A DNA stretch of 64,000 nt. It comes from an uncultured virus (IMG/VR IMGVR_UViG_3300034104_001787). Taxonomy: Duplodnaviria > Heunggongvirae > Uroviricota > Caudoviricetes. The notes beneath the pieces were generated by a model. It saw only the letters and a list, made by a program, of their open reading frames with translations, was not told the DNA's origin and did not search any database. The stretch lies in IMG/VR virus record IMGVR_UViG_3300034104_001787. One strand, 5' to 3'. Position numbers and translations under genes: made by a program. Shown here piece after piece: positions 1-9,848 of this stretch (position 1 is the stretch's first letter; every line of letters begins with the position of its first letter).

Positions 1-1140
1 GGAGATATCTATGTGAACTTCGGCCCCCATAAAGTCCAGCGTAATCAGATGAATAATATCTCTGACTGCAAGCTGCCCTATAACGGACGTATCTACAGCA
101 ATCGCCATAGCGATAACATCAGCGTTGTTTCTATCGGACTGCCCTACCAGATCCTTTACAACGTCTTCCACTACCGCTTAGAACTCTCTATCGCCAAGAA
201 TAAGGATAAGATTATGCTTATGGAGATCAACACGATCCCCAAAGGCAATGGATGGGACGAAGAGAAGTTTATGTACTACGCGGATGCTATGGGCTTTGCC
301 TTTATCGATAGCACTTCAGAAGGCAAGAACCGGGAACGGGTAACATTCAACCAATACCAAGTTCTTGATATGAGCCTTGGGCAGTATATCGCTGCTCAGT
401 TCCAGCTTCTCCAAGCTATCAAGGAAGAATGGGAAGAGAATGTAGGTATCACCCGCCAGCGTAAGGGTAATGTGATGACCTCTGACGGAGTTGGAACTAC
501 CGAACGGGCTATATTCCAAAGCTCTGTAATCTCTGAGGAGATGTTCCGTCGTTACGAAGCGTTCTTAGAAAAGGAATATATGGGATTGATTGACGTGTCT
601 AAGATCGCTTGGAGAGAAGGCAAGAAGATGACCTATGTGACAAGCGATTTGCGTACTGCTCTTATTGAGGTAGATCCTTCCGAGTACCAAGAGGCAGAGT
701 ATGGCGTATTTGTCAAGAATAGCAGCAAGGAACAAGACAAGTTGCAGCAGATGAAGCAGATGGCACTGACATTTGCACAGAATGGACAGCAACCTTCTAC
801 TATTGCACAGATTTTGGATGGTGCCAACTTCAGTAGTATCAAGAAACTCCTGATGGAAGTAGAAGCTAAGCAGCAGCAGATGCAAGAGGCACAAGCCCAG
901 CAAGCACAACAGATGTCTCAGCAACAAGCTCAGGCCGCACAACAACTCCAAGCAGAGAAGCAGAACTTCGAGGCACAGCAAAACGAACTCGACCGCATCA
1001 ATAAGTTAGAAGTAGAGAAGATCAAGCTTGCAGGTACCCTCAGTATGGACTCTGATGGAAATGGCAGAAGAGATGATATAGATAGAGCAAGGCTGGAAGT
1101 AGAGCGCGAAAGAGTACAAGCAATGAAGCAAAAAGGTTGA
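1..1140 (+). CDS. Portal protein, C-terminal part (5' truncated by window edge)
   Basis: Frame open to base 1. KLPYNGRIY, YQILYN, GITRQRKG, GVGTTERAI and a Q-rich coiled-coil tail resemble crAss-like portals. Lies directly upstream of the scaffold-like and MCP genes. Confidence 0.85.
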   Translation, partial: GDIYVNFGPHKVQRNQMNNISDCKLPYNGRIYSNRHSDNISVVSIGLPYQILYNVFHYRLELSIAKNKDKIMLMEINTIPKGNGWDEEKFMYYADAMGFAFIDSTSEGKNRERVTFNQYQVLDMSLGQYIAAQFQLLQAIKEEWEENVGITRQRKGNVMTSDGVGTTERAIFQSSVISEEMFRRYEAFLEKEYMGLIDVSKIAWREGKKMTYVTSDLRTALIEVDPSEYQEAEYGVFVKNSSKEQDKLQQMKQMALTFAQNGQQPSTIAQILDGANFSSIKKLLMEVEAKQQQMQEAQAQQAQQMSQQQAQAAQQLQAEKQNFEAQQNELDRINKLEVEKIKLAGTLSMDSDGNGRRDDIDRARLEVERERVQAMKQKG

Positions 1141-1197
1141 TAATAAAAAAGAGGAATTGTGAGCAATGAAATGCACATAATTTATTACTATAACTAA

Positions 1198-1205
1198 TAA
1201 CTTTG
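1198..1205 (+). promoter_or_regulatory. Bacteroidota sigma-70 -7 box (TAACTTTG)
   Basis: Matches TAnnTTTG in an AT-rich intergenic gap, 6 nt before the ATG at 1212. Confidence 0.5.
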
Positions 1206-1211
1206 TAAAAT

Positions 1212-2249
1212 ATGAGTGTAGAGAAACCACTGGATTTAAGTAAGGTTAGTGTTGCTAACCTCTTAAATGATGATGCACCTGCCAATGCAGCTGTATTGAA
1301 TGAAACAGTAGCGGAACCGGAAGCAGAGCCGGAAGTTACTGAAACTGTTGAACCTGAAGTAGAGGACACAGTTGAAGAATTAGAATCAACAACAGAACCG
1401 GAAGAAGAGGAACCGGGGGTTATTGAAATTCTAAGGAGTAAACTGGGTTACGCTGCTGAAGGAGAGTTTAGTGAGGACTATGATGGTATTGTAGAGTTTA
1501 CCCGTAGTGCAGCTGAAGAGATTGCACGCGAACAACTCGATTCGGTCTTTGCACAATTCCCCGACGTTGCAGAATACCTTCAGTATCGTTACAACGGAGG
1601 CGACCCCAAGCAGTACTTCGCTGTCAATGGAAGTCAATTGGATTATGCTTCCTTAGATATTAGTGGAGATAATATCGCTGCACAGAAGCATGTTGTCGAA
1701 CAATGGCTATCTTTGCAGGGGTTTGAGCCGGAAGAGATCAATGATACCGTACAAGAATATCTTGATGCAGGTATCTTGGAGAAGCAAGCAGAGAGAAACC
1801 TTAAGAAGTTGCAAAACTATCAGCAGCTTCAATCGCAGCAGCTTATAGAGCAACAGCGAATCCAAGCCCAACAGCAGCAACAACAAGTCGCACAACAATG
1901 GAATAATATCAAATCCACTATAGATACTGGTAATCTTCGTGGGTTTGCAGTTCCAGAAAGTGATAAGAGCAAGTTTTACAACTGGATGAGCCAACCCGTT
2001 GATAAGGAAGGTCGTACACAGCGTATGATTGACCGTCAGCAAATCACTATAGAGACACAGGTTGCTTTGGAATATTTGCTTTACAAGAATTTTGATTTGA
2101 ATAAGCTTGTACAAACGACTAAGAATACACAGCAAGCGCAATCGTTGAAACAAAAGTTACAGCAAACACCGCCCGCTTCTAAAAGAATGAAAGGAGGCTC
2201 CGGGTACTCCAAGCCAGTACAGTTACCACCCTTGAACGAATTGATTTAA
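1212..2249 (+). CDS. Putative capsid scaffold protein (conserved crAss-like gene between portal and MCP)
   Basis: Acidic disordered N-terminus, helical Q-rich core, basic C-terminus; portal-X-MCP synteny. Confidence 0.65.
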   Translation: MSVEKPLDLSKVSVANLLNDDAPANAAVLNETVAEPEAEPEVTETVEPEVEDTVEELESTTEPEEEEPGVIEILRSKLGYAAEGEFSEDYDGIVEFTRSAAEEIAREQLDSVFAQFPDVAEYLQYRYNGGDPKQYFAVNGSQLDYASLDISGDNIAAQKHVVEQWLSLQGFEPEEINDTVQEYLDAGILEKQAERNLKKLQNYQQLQSQQLIEQQRIQAQQQQQQVAQQWNNIKSTIDTGNLRGFAVPESDKSKFYNWMSQPVDKEGRTQRMIDRQQITIETQVALEYLLYKNFDLNKLVQTTKNTQQAQSLKQKLQQTPPASKRMKGGSGYSKPVQLPPLNELI

Positions 2250-2269
2250 ACCCTTTAATCTTTTTATAA

Positions 2270-3697
2270 ATGTCTGCTGATAACTTAAAAAAGCTCCGGC
2301 TGTATGAAGACACATTCAACTCGTCTTCTATGACCGATGAGAACTCCTTGGCTGCGGCTCTCTTGACGCAACCGGATGTTCTGTCTCCCGTTATTACCCA
2401 TCTGGCTGGTCAGGAGGACAAGCGTTTCCCGCTTTCTTTCTTGACGGAAGGTATGGGCGCTACCAACTACATCAATGACATTGAGTACGACTACCCGGTT
2501 ATGGGTCGGTTGAACAAAGCTCTGCAATGTGTTGGTCAAAGTGGTACTGGTATAAACCATAGCCGTATTGAATTGACGTTCCCGGAGCGTTGGTTCGTTC
2601 GCCAATACATCATCGAGGATTCGGAAGGTACTCAGCTCCGTATTATGGATGATCCGAAGCCCAGCGCTAATGGTTATGTCTACTCTTGCCAGCTCGTTTC
2701 AAGCGATGGCGCAGGTGTTAGTACATCTGCCTTAGCTAACCGTCAGTTCGTTCAGTTGTACGCTCCGGCTGCAATGAGCGGATCGCGTGGTAACGAAAGC
2801 CATTGGGTTGCTCCGTCCAAAATGCGCAACCAAATCTCTCTTATCCGTAAGTCTTACGCATACGAGGGTAACATGCCGGACCGTGTCGTTAACTTCCAAT
2901 TCAATGTTGGTGGACGTACTACCAACTTGTGGTATGACTTCGAGGAGTACCAGCACATGTTGCGTTGGAAAGAAGAGACCGAATACGCATTGTGGTACTC
3001 GCAATACAACCGTGACGCTAACGGTATCATCCACCTGAAGGATGACAACGGTAAGCCGATCAGCTTGGGATCTGGCGTTCTGGAGCAAATCCCGAACGTG
3101 GATACCTACTCTACCCTCACCGCTCAGAAGTTGAAGGCTGTTGTCCGTGATGCCCTGTACGGAGCATCTGACGCTCAGAAGATGAACATCGTACTCTTCA
3201 CGGGTATTGGTGGTCTGGAAGAGTTTGACAACGCTATGAAGCAGGAAGTGGGAAGCGGCAACTACATCAAGAACACGCCTGAGAACGCATTTGTCTCTGG
3301 TAGCGGTGCTAACTTGGTGATGGGTGGCTTCTTCACTACCTACCAGCACATCGACGGTCACACGATTACTGTTCGTCACCTGCCCCTGTTTGACCACGGC
3401 GCACGTGCACTGAATGCTGATCGTCACCCGGTTACTGGTCTGCCGATGGAATCTTACCGTATGGTGTTCCTTGATATGTCTACTTACGATGGTGAGAAGA
3501 ACATCAAGTACATCTCTCGGAAGGGCCGTGAGCTGGTTCGTTGGGCAGTTGCTGGTGCTACTGTTCCTCCGGGCTTTGCAGGTAACGCCACCCGCGCAAC
3601 TGACGTGGATGGATCGAGCGTTCACTTTATGAAGGAGTGTGGTATCGCGATTCGTCGTGCTACTAACTGCCTCCACTTAGAGTGCGTTAAGTCGTAA
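2270..3697 (+). CDS. Major capsid protein
   Basis: 475 aa with MTDENSL, FPLSFLTEG, KMRNQISLIRKS and GSGVLEQI motifs of crAss-like MCPs. Strongly biased C-ending codons and a downstream terminator suggest high expression. Confidence 0.9.
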   Translation: MSADNLKKLRLYEDTFNSSSMTDENSLAAALLTQPDVLSPVITHLAGQEDKRFPLSFLTEGMGATNYINDIEYDYPVMGRLNKALQCVGQSGTGINHSRIELTFPERWFVRQYIIEDSEGTQLRIMDDPKPSANGYVYSCQLVSSDGAGVSTSALANRQFVQLYAPAAMSGSRGNESHWVAPSKMRNQISLIRKSYAYEGNMPDRVVNFQFNVGGRTTNLWYDFEEYQHMLRWKEETEYALWYSQYNRDANGIIHLKDDNGKPISLGSGVLEQIPNVDTYSTLTAQKLKAVVRDALYGASDAQKMNIVLFTGIGGLEEFDNAMKQEVGSGNYIKNTPENAFVSGSGANLVMGGFFTTYQHIDGHTITVRHLPLFDHGARALNADRHPVTGLPMESYRMVFLDMSTYDGEKNIKYISRKGRELVRWAVAGATVPPGFAGNATRATDVDGSSVHFMKECGIAIRRATNCLHLECVKS

Positions 3698-3717
3698 TTG
3701 TTGTTTGTTTGATAGAG

Positions 3718-3754
3718 AATGGGGAGAGGGCAACGGTCTTCTCCCCATTTTTCT
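3718..3754 (+). terminator. Rho-independent terminator after MCP
   Basis: AATGGGGAGA...TCTCCCCATT 10-bp stem followed by a T-run. Confidence 0.8.
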
Positions 3755-3791
3755 AACCCTTTTAGAAATTCACAAGTTAAACCCTATAGTT

Positions 3792-4601
3792 ATGTCTTCA
3801 CACATTGTTACACTCCAGCGTCGTCCCAATTCAACGAACCTTCCGGACGATATCTACTTGGAGTCTAAGCGCAAAATCGGTTCGGTATTTACAGCGGGAG
3901 GAGATGTTGTAAGAGGATTGTCTCTTGCAGAACAGAAAGCACTCCTTCCAGAAATCATTGGCGTCAGTCCTACTGATGTTTCTTTTACTCGTGCCGTAAA
4001 AGATTTCTATGTCAATTTCTCTATCGATGTCCCCAAAGGCGGTGTTGATTTGGAGGTTGGGGTAGATAGCGATGGTACGCCATACAACTTGCTTGACTAT
4101 ATCAAGTACAAGTTTGTTGTTGCCCACCCCTATGTGGCAAAGACGGAAGAAGAACTGTCAGGCTCTAAGCGTCTGAAGTACTTTATCCAAGACAAGAATA
4201 AGGAATTGATTGAGGCTTCTGTAAACCTTCAAGTCCGCAAGAAGGCATACAAGGAGTTCATCAAGATTTCCGAAGATGAAGCTAAGATGGACTTGGTGTT
4301 GCGTGTATACGGAGAGCGTCCAGAGAAGATGGATGTAAAAGAAAAAGAGTTAACTTTGGAATCGATGCAGGAGGAAGATCCTGATCGTTTTTTAGAAGTT
4401 GCACTTGATAAGGACTTGGAAATGGTTTCCCTTATCAATGAGTGTTTGAGTAAAGAAATACTCCGTAAAGTAGGCAACTCAATCTTAGATGGTGATTCAG
4501 TACTGGGAGATAGTATGGAGGAAACCATACTCTTCTTGAAGGATAAGAAGAATTCCGGAACTCTGACTTCGGTAAAGGCTAAAATCAAGGCCTTTTCGTA
4601 A
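3792..4601 (+). CDS. Conserved crAss-like protein following MCP (gene-75-like)
   Basis: Start moved to ATG 3792, after the terminator. KRKIGSVF, LPEIIGVSP and PYNLLDYIKYKF motifs; synteny. Confidence 0.65.
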   Translation: MSSHIVTLQRRPNSTNLPDDIYLESKRKIGSVFTAGGDVVRGLSLAEQKALLPEIIGVSPTDVSFTRAVKDFYVNFSIDVPKGGVDLEVGVDSDGTPYNLLDYIKYKFVVAHPYVAKTEEELSGSKRLKYFIQDKNKELIEASVNLQVRKKAYKEFIKISEDEAKMDLVLRVYGERPEKMDVKEKELTLESMQEEDPDRFLEVALDKDLEMVSLINECLSKEILRKVGNSILDGDSVLGDSMEETILFLKDKKNSGTLTSVKAKIKAFS

Positions 4602-4613
4602 TATATCCTACCA

Positions 4614-5306
4614 ATGACTGTACAAGAAATGCATTATGCCGTAGACCAAGGACTCCAAAAGGTGGGGTCCTCGGTCTATGACTCTTTTTTGTCGGATGAG
4701 ATTGACTTCTGGTTAAATAGAGCGCAAGACCGCTTTATTAAGCAGCGTCTGCATCCTATTACAGACCCTAAGCGTTTAGGGTTTAGTAAGACAATTAAGA
4801 GGTTGGATGACCTTCGTATGATTCTCAGTGTAGATTATACGGACGGTATCATTCCAAGCACCGCAGTTGCATTTCAAAACTTCGACTTACCTGTCGATTA
4901 TCGCTTCTTAGTTAATGCTCGCGTGTCGATGCATTATAACCCTTGCGGCAACCAAGTCAGCACCTCCGATCCTGAGGTTATCCGTGATTTACGAATAGTA
5001 GAACAGGATAAAGCATACACGATGCAAGGAAGCCCATTTAGCAAAAGCACAGGCGAAAATCCCATGGGTTTTATTTTTGACGAGAACATTAGGGTCTTTC
5101 AAGACGGTAAAAGTTTTATATTAAAAACGATTTACCTTGATTACTTAAGAATTCCAACACAAATTAATCTATCTTTGCTTCAAGATTGCGAATTAGCTGA
5201 GCATACCCACCAAGAAATTGTGGATATGACTGTAAGAAATATGGTTGAGGCAATAGAATCGCCGCGCTACCAAACAAATAGTATTGAGCAATCACAGTCT
5301 GAGTAA
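4614..5306 (+). CDS. Conserved crAss-like structural/ring protein (gene-74-like)
   Basis: MTVQEMH, EIDFWLNRAQDRFIK, KRLDDLR and CELAEHTHQEIVDMTV motifs typical of this family. Confidence 0.75.
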   Translation: MTVQEMHYAVDQGLQKVGSSVYDSFLSDEIDFWLNRAQDRFIKQRLHPITDPKRLGFSKTIKRLDDLRMILSVDYTDGIIPSTAVAFQNFDLPVDYRFLVNARVSMHYNPCGNQVSTSDPEVIRDLRIVEQDKAYTMQGSPFSKSTGENPMGFIFDENIRVFQDGKSFILKTIYLDYLRIPTQINLSLLQDCELAEHTHQEIVDMTVRNMVEAIESPRYQTNSIEQSQSE

Positions 5307-5328
5307 ATAACCCTTTAATCCTTATATT

Positions 5329-6183
5329 ATGTCTTACACAAAACACGTCTTAATTAATAACTTTCTTGGATTAGCAACCCCAGTGCAAGCATTGGGCGCA
5401 GTAAGTGCGATTAAGTTTACTACTCACACGAAGGAATATGGCACGCTTACGCCAGCTTCAGATTCAATCGGAATCCAAATACCCGGAATGACCGTAAGCA
5501 TTACTGGTGAAACGCGTAATGGTGGCTTTCTTACTACTCGGAGCACGCCTGTATTTAAGCCTTCGGATATTGTGTCCATAACAAGAAGAAATCCTAATAC
5601 TGGTACTTCCCAAGTGCATTCAGTAACTCCAGTTTTGGAAAATGGTTTGGCGTATATCAAGGTTATTGATATTACAGATGGTCGGCAAAAGTTCCCTATG
5701 GTTACTATTGAAGGAGCTACTGCTGCTGAACTTGTTGCAGGATTGAATAAAGTTGGTCAGCAAAAAGATGCGTTTGCTGGTATGACCGCTGCAGGTGCTG
5801 CTCCTATTCTTATTACAGTTCCTAAGAATAGAATGTATCTGATTGCAACCAATGATGCTTCTTCGACGACTCAATTTGCTGCTCCTGTATTTACTGTAGG
5901 AACTTTAGCGGATCAAATTGCTGAAGAAAAAGAAGGTTTGCCAGCATTGGGTGTAACCAACATTGCTGGTCCAAATACTAAAATCCCTATTTCTGCTGTT
6001 GTTCCGACATTGAGTTCAGCACAGCGTATTTCAATTGATCTGGAATTTGTTAAAGGCAATCGTATCGATCAGCATGAAATTGTTATCTATACGCTGACCG
6101 ATGAAGCTGGTACTGCAGGTTTACAAAGTACGTTAGCTTACTGGTATACAAACGGCGAAAGTTCAGCATTACCGATTGCATAA
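5329..6183 (+). CDS. Putative auxiliary capsid/structural protein
   Basis: Beta-rich 284 aa in the head module; shares the upstream motif AACCCTTTAATC with MCP. Confidence 0.45.
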   Translation: MSYTKHVLINNFLGLATPVQALGAVSAIKFTTHTKEYGTLTPASDSIGIQIPGMTVSITGETRNGGFLTTRSTPVFKPSDIVSITRRNPNTGTSQVHSVTPVLENGLAYIKVIDITDGRQKFPMVTIEGATAAELVAGLNKVGQQKDAFAGMTAAGAAPILITVPKNRMYLIATNDASSTTQFAAPVFTVGTLADQIAEEKEGLPALGVTNIAGPNTKIPISAVVPTLSSAQRISIDLEFVKGNRIDQHEIVIYTLTDEAGTAGLQSTLAYWYTNGESSALPIA

Positions 6184-6188
6184 TATCA

Positions 6189-6725
6189 ATGGCACAGGCA
6201 TACTGGAGGTATGTTGCTGATAATGGCAACTTCAAGTTTTATGATCACCTTCCTATTGAAACAGATAGGACGAACTTGGTTGTGCAAGTAACTCTTCCGG
6301 GAATGGCTGCGGCTATTACCTTAGTTAATACTACGTTGGGTTACGATTTGACTAACCCAGCAACCTTTCCAATAACGATAGAGCCGGGGGACATGGTTCC
6401 CCCGCTCTCTTCGTTTGCGGATGGGGTATATAGATTTCAAATCTCATACAGCATTGGAGAAACATCCTATACGTATGACGAGTATCAGCTCTATATACCT
6501 ATGATTGATGATTGTATAAATACTAAACTAAACTCTTACTTAGAGTCTGTCTGCTCTAAGTGTGGCAATAAAGATTTATTTCATTCTCTTACTGAATTAG
6601 TTATACTACGTCAAGGCGCATTGCTTGATATTAAAAATGGACGTATTACAAAAGCAGCTCAAAAAGTTGTACTAATGGGCAACATCTGTACTGGAACGGG
6701 ATGTAACTGTATATGCGGCTGCTAA
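6189..6725 (+). CDS. Structural protein with Cys-rich C-terminus (tail hub/collar-like)
   Basis: FADGVYRFQISY followed by CSKC...CNCICGC, a pattern seen in crAss-like structural genes. Confidence 0.5.
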   Translation: MAQAYWRYVADNGNFKFYDHLPIETDRTNLVVQVTLPGMAAAITLVNTTLGYDLTNPATFPITIEPGDMVPPLSSFADGVYRFQISYSIGETSYTYDEYQLYIPMIDDCINTKLNSYLESVCSKCGNKDLFHSLTELVILRQGALLDIKNGRITKAAQKVVLMGNICTGTGCNCICGC

Positions 6726-6726
6726 T

Positions 6727-8247
6727 ATGATCTACTCTGCTGATTACCCTAATGCTAATTCCTATATCTCTGCATTAAACAAAGAGTTTATTGCGGTCGG
6801 AGATATGCACGTAGTAAAGGCAGAGTACCAATTAGATCGTAAGTGTCAAATTGAAGACACGTTTACTATTTTACAGCAGTATCAACAGGCAACGGATACT
6901 GTATTATTTGAAAATAGCTTTGAAGGATTTGAATCTTATGTACCCCCGGTTGGATATAGAGTTATCTCATATGAACATAGCTCATACACAACTATTCAGA
7001 ATCCTATTCTTATTGCTGCTATGGGCAGCACACTGGAATTGACAGTAATTAATTCCGGTAACTATGCTATAGCTAATCTTGAAGTCAACTTAAAGGTATT
7101 TAGCAACGGCATCGAACTCTCTTCATTTGATGAGACGGCTAACTCACAAAATCAAGCTGTTTTTATGGTTCCAATACCAGTTGGAATCGGCCCAATTTTA
7201 ATTAAAACCTCTTTTACCAGCGTACCTTCTAACCAAGTATTCCTTTTATATGCCGGGGAGCAGCTTCCAACTACATCACCAATTTTATCTATCAACCCAT
7301 TACCAATAGATATTATTCAAATAAATAATACTGGAATTGTTGTTGGCGACTATAACGATAATGGTACTATTAACGTCAATGACTTCTTAATTGCAAATCA
7401 AAGATACCCGGCTAACCGTTTAGATGCACGTAATTTTATTTCAGCTGCTCTTTCACAGGACTACTATTACCCCGGATTACAGGGCGGCTCTTTAACTGTT
7501 TCAATTAATCCAGTCTCTAAACCTCTTAATCGACTAAGGTATGCCGTGTACTTACACGACGCAGATCAAACACCAGTCGGTCAAAAGGTTGTGAAGGAGT
7601 TAGTTTCCGATAGTTTCATTACCTTTAGTAATCTTGATGCTGGATATGTAGGCAATCTATATACTAACATTACTGTTTACAACGCATATAATACACTGAC
7701 TGTTGGTGCAAATCTTCCGGGATATGCCATTACTATCAATAATTCTAACATAGAACCCGGTAATATCCGACAACTTACATTTACTCCTGCTGGTACCGAC
7801 TACTTTGTTGCAGGTAGCACTTTCTACATATACTTGCCTTGGAACACGGAACCGACGTTAGTAACGGTTCCTAATACGGGTGCTTTTAATTACAGCATTA
7901 CAGTTCCTACAACATACGATAGCAGTGGAGCCGTTCAATTTTCTTGGGTTAATCCTATCTGGGCCAATAGATTATATCTCGTTGTTCAAGATACCGCACC
8001 GCCACTAACCTTTGTTTCGTTAAGCAAATACTCCTATTTATATAATCAAGCCGACTCCTTCCAAGTAATTATTAATAATACACTCGGCCCAACCTATAAC
8101 TTTACAATCAAATTATATAACGGAGCGGTAAACCCAGCTAATGAAATAAGCTCCAATTCTATATTAGTACAGGGAGGTGCGACATTGAATTTTACAAGAA
8201 ATATATTGCCAGCTTACACAAATAGTGTTACTGTTGTAGTTTCCTAA
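6727..8247 (+). CDS. Structural protein with Ig-like beta domains and a dockerin-like motif
   Basis: 506 aa, beta-strand rich; contains GDYNDNGTINVNDFL. Confidence 0.5.
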   Translation: MIYSADYPNANSYISALNKEFIAVGDMHVVKAEYQLDRKCQIEDTFTILQQYQQATDTVLFENSFEGFESYVPPVGYRVISYEHSSYTTIQNPILIAAMGSTLELTVINSGNYAIANLEVNLKVFSNGIELSSFDETANSQNQAVFMVPIPVGIGPILIKTSFTSVPSNQVFLLYAGEQLPTTSPILSINPLPIDIIQINNTGIVVGDYNDNGTINVNDFLIANQRYPANRLDARNFISAALSQDYYYPGLQGGSLTVSINPVSKPLNRLRYAVYLHDADQTPVGQKVVKELVSDSFITFSNLDAGYVGNLYTNITVYNAYNTLTVGANLPGYAITINNSNIEPGNIRQLTFTPAGTDYFVAGSTFYIYLPWNTEPTLVTVPNTGAFNYSITVPTTYDSSGAVQFSWVNPIWANRLYLVVQDTAPPLTFVSLSKYSYLYNQADSFQVIINNTLGPTYNFTIKLYNGAVNPANEISSNSILVQGGATLNFTRNILPAYTNSVTVVVS

Positions 8248-8256
8248 CTTTTATTT

Positions 8257-9483
8257 ATGGAAATATCTAAAGTCGTCCAAGACTACTGCACTAAATTTAT
8301 AGGGGAGCAGTACTCGTTTATTGCCGATCGTATTCTTGAAGATGGGGCATCGACATTAAGTCATAGGCATCTACGTAGAATGATAGCAGAATACTATGAC
8401 CAGTACAATGCCCCACCAATCCAAGCAGACAGCAATACCACAGTATATACTTATAAGGGAGAGCAATCTATTCAATCGCTGGAAGATGCTCTCTCTTTTT
8501 TTAAGGTAGATACTACGATATGGGATGTAGATAAGTACATCTGCAACAGTTGGGATAGCCAGTCCAATGGAAACAAAACTGTGCTATACCAAGTTAAGCT
8601 TACACTTGTTAGGAAGAAGAGTAGTGTGGACGTATTTGCTGTAAAAAATGAGGCACTCAAACATATTAAATCCCTTTACCCAAAGAAAGTTACAGGAGGT
8701 AGTAAGGAGGTGGTTGTGGTATTGTCTGATTTACATATTGGTGCTGAAGTTGCTCGAACTCATATTAACCAGCACTTCGACGTAAGTGTTGTTGTAGATC
8801 GATTAGCTGAGGTTGCAGCTATTGTAAACTCTAAAAAATACGAGTCAGTAAGTGTTTGTTTGCTTGGCGACTTTATAGAATCCTTTACGGGCCTAAATCA
8901 CGCCAATACGTGGCACGAATTAGCCAAGCACGGACACGGTGTAGAAGTAATCATTACTGCCTATACGGTACTCCATAACTTCTTAAACAGCTTGAATAAC
9001 TGTAAGGGAGTGTATATGGTCAGTGGTAATCACGATAGGGTGTCACAGAAGTTAGATCAGGATCCTACAGGTTCAGTAGGTACTCTGCTTGCTTTTATGT
9101 TAGATACAAAGTCGTCTTTGAATGTTGTGTTTTCTCCACTAATTTTACAGCAGGAGATAGATGGGATATTTTATATCCTAACACACAACCATTATAACAT
9201 CTCAAAGGGCGATATTGGAAAGGTCTTTTGGGAGTATGGGAAGCAGGGTCTGTACAACGTGATGCTTGGTGGGCATTACCATTCTCGTAAAGGAAAAAGA
9301 GTGTATTCTGAGGTTGAGAACAACCTTATAGATCAGGCTAACTATCGGCAGATTGCAGTACCACCAATTTTTACGGGTAATTTCTACTCGGAAAGTAATG
9401 GCTGGTCTTCGTCAAGTGGATTTGTAATGATTGAAAACAACGGATGCGGAAAACCTAATGTATTCGACTACTCTTTAAGATAA
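8257..9483 (+). CDS. Calcineurin-like metallophosphoesterase
   Basis: Motifs in order: SDLHIG, LLGDFIE, SGNHD, THNH, GGHYH. Confidence 0.85.
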   Translation: MEISKVVQDYCTKFIGEQYSFIADRILEDGASTLSHRHLRRMIAEYYDQYNAPPIQADSNTTVYTYKGEQSIQSLEDALSFFKVDTTIWDVDKYICNSWDSQSNGNKTVLYQVKLTLVRKKSSVDVFAVKNEALKHIKSLYPKKVTGGSKEVVVVLSDLHIGAEVARTHINQHFDVSVVVDRLAEVAAIVNSKKYESVSVCLLGDFIESFTGLNHANTWHELAKHGHGVEVIITAYTVLHNFLNSLNNCKGVYMVSGNHDRVSQKLDQDPTGSVGTLLAFMLDTKSSLNVVFSPLILQQEIDGIFYILTHNHYNISKGDIGKVFWEYGKQGLYNVMLGGHYHSRKGKRVYSEVENNLIDQANYRQIAVPPIFTGNFYSESNGWSSSSGFVMIENNGCGKPNVFDYSLR

Positions 9484-9848
9484 TGGCAGCTGGTAAATAC
9501 AACTTCATCATTGAAGCCGGGGCAACTTATACGACTACGATCACGTACACTAATAATACTAATGTACCGATCGCAATCACCCGTGCCCGTATTTCCGTAA
9601 AAGACCATATCACAGATAGCAATTTCGTCTATCGCGCATCCTCGGATACTAATTTAGATACAGGATTTAGTGCCCATATTACGTTAACCACTACAGGCAC
9701 GTTTGTTTTAACTATACCCAGCGCAGTTACCTCTTCATTTACCTTCAATCAAGGGGTATATGATGTGGAAGTATTCTTGACTGGAGGTGGGATAGTTAGA
9801 ATACTGGAAGGGAAGTTCAAGGTCAAACCTCAAGTCTCAACAGAATGA
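9483..9848 (+). CDS. Small tail-fibre adaptor-like structural protein
   Basis: MAAGKYNFIIEAGAT...GVYDVEV...RILEGKFKV pattern common upstream of phage fibre genes. Confidence 0.55.
   Translation: MAAGKYNFIIEAGATYTTTITYTNNTNVPIAITRARISVKDHITDSNFVYRASSDTNLDTGFSAHITLTTTGTFVLTIPSAVTSSFTFNQGVYDVEVFLTGGGIVRILEGKFKVKPQVSTE

Noticed and set aside
2732..3676. 314-aa antisense ORF opposite MCP
   Set aside because: Shadow of the strong codon bias in MCP; no recognisable motifs.
3705..3791. N-terminal extension of the ORF called at 3705
   Set aside because: Spans the MCP terminator; ATG 3792 is the more plausible start.
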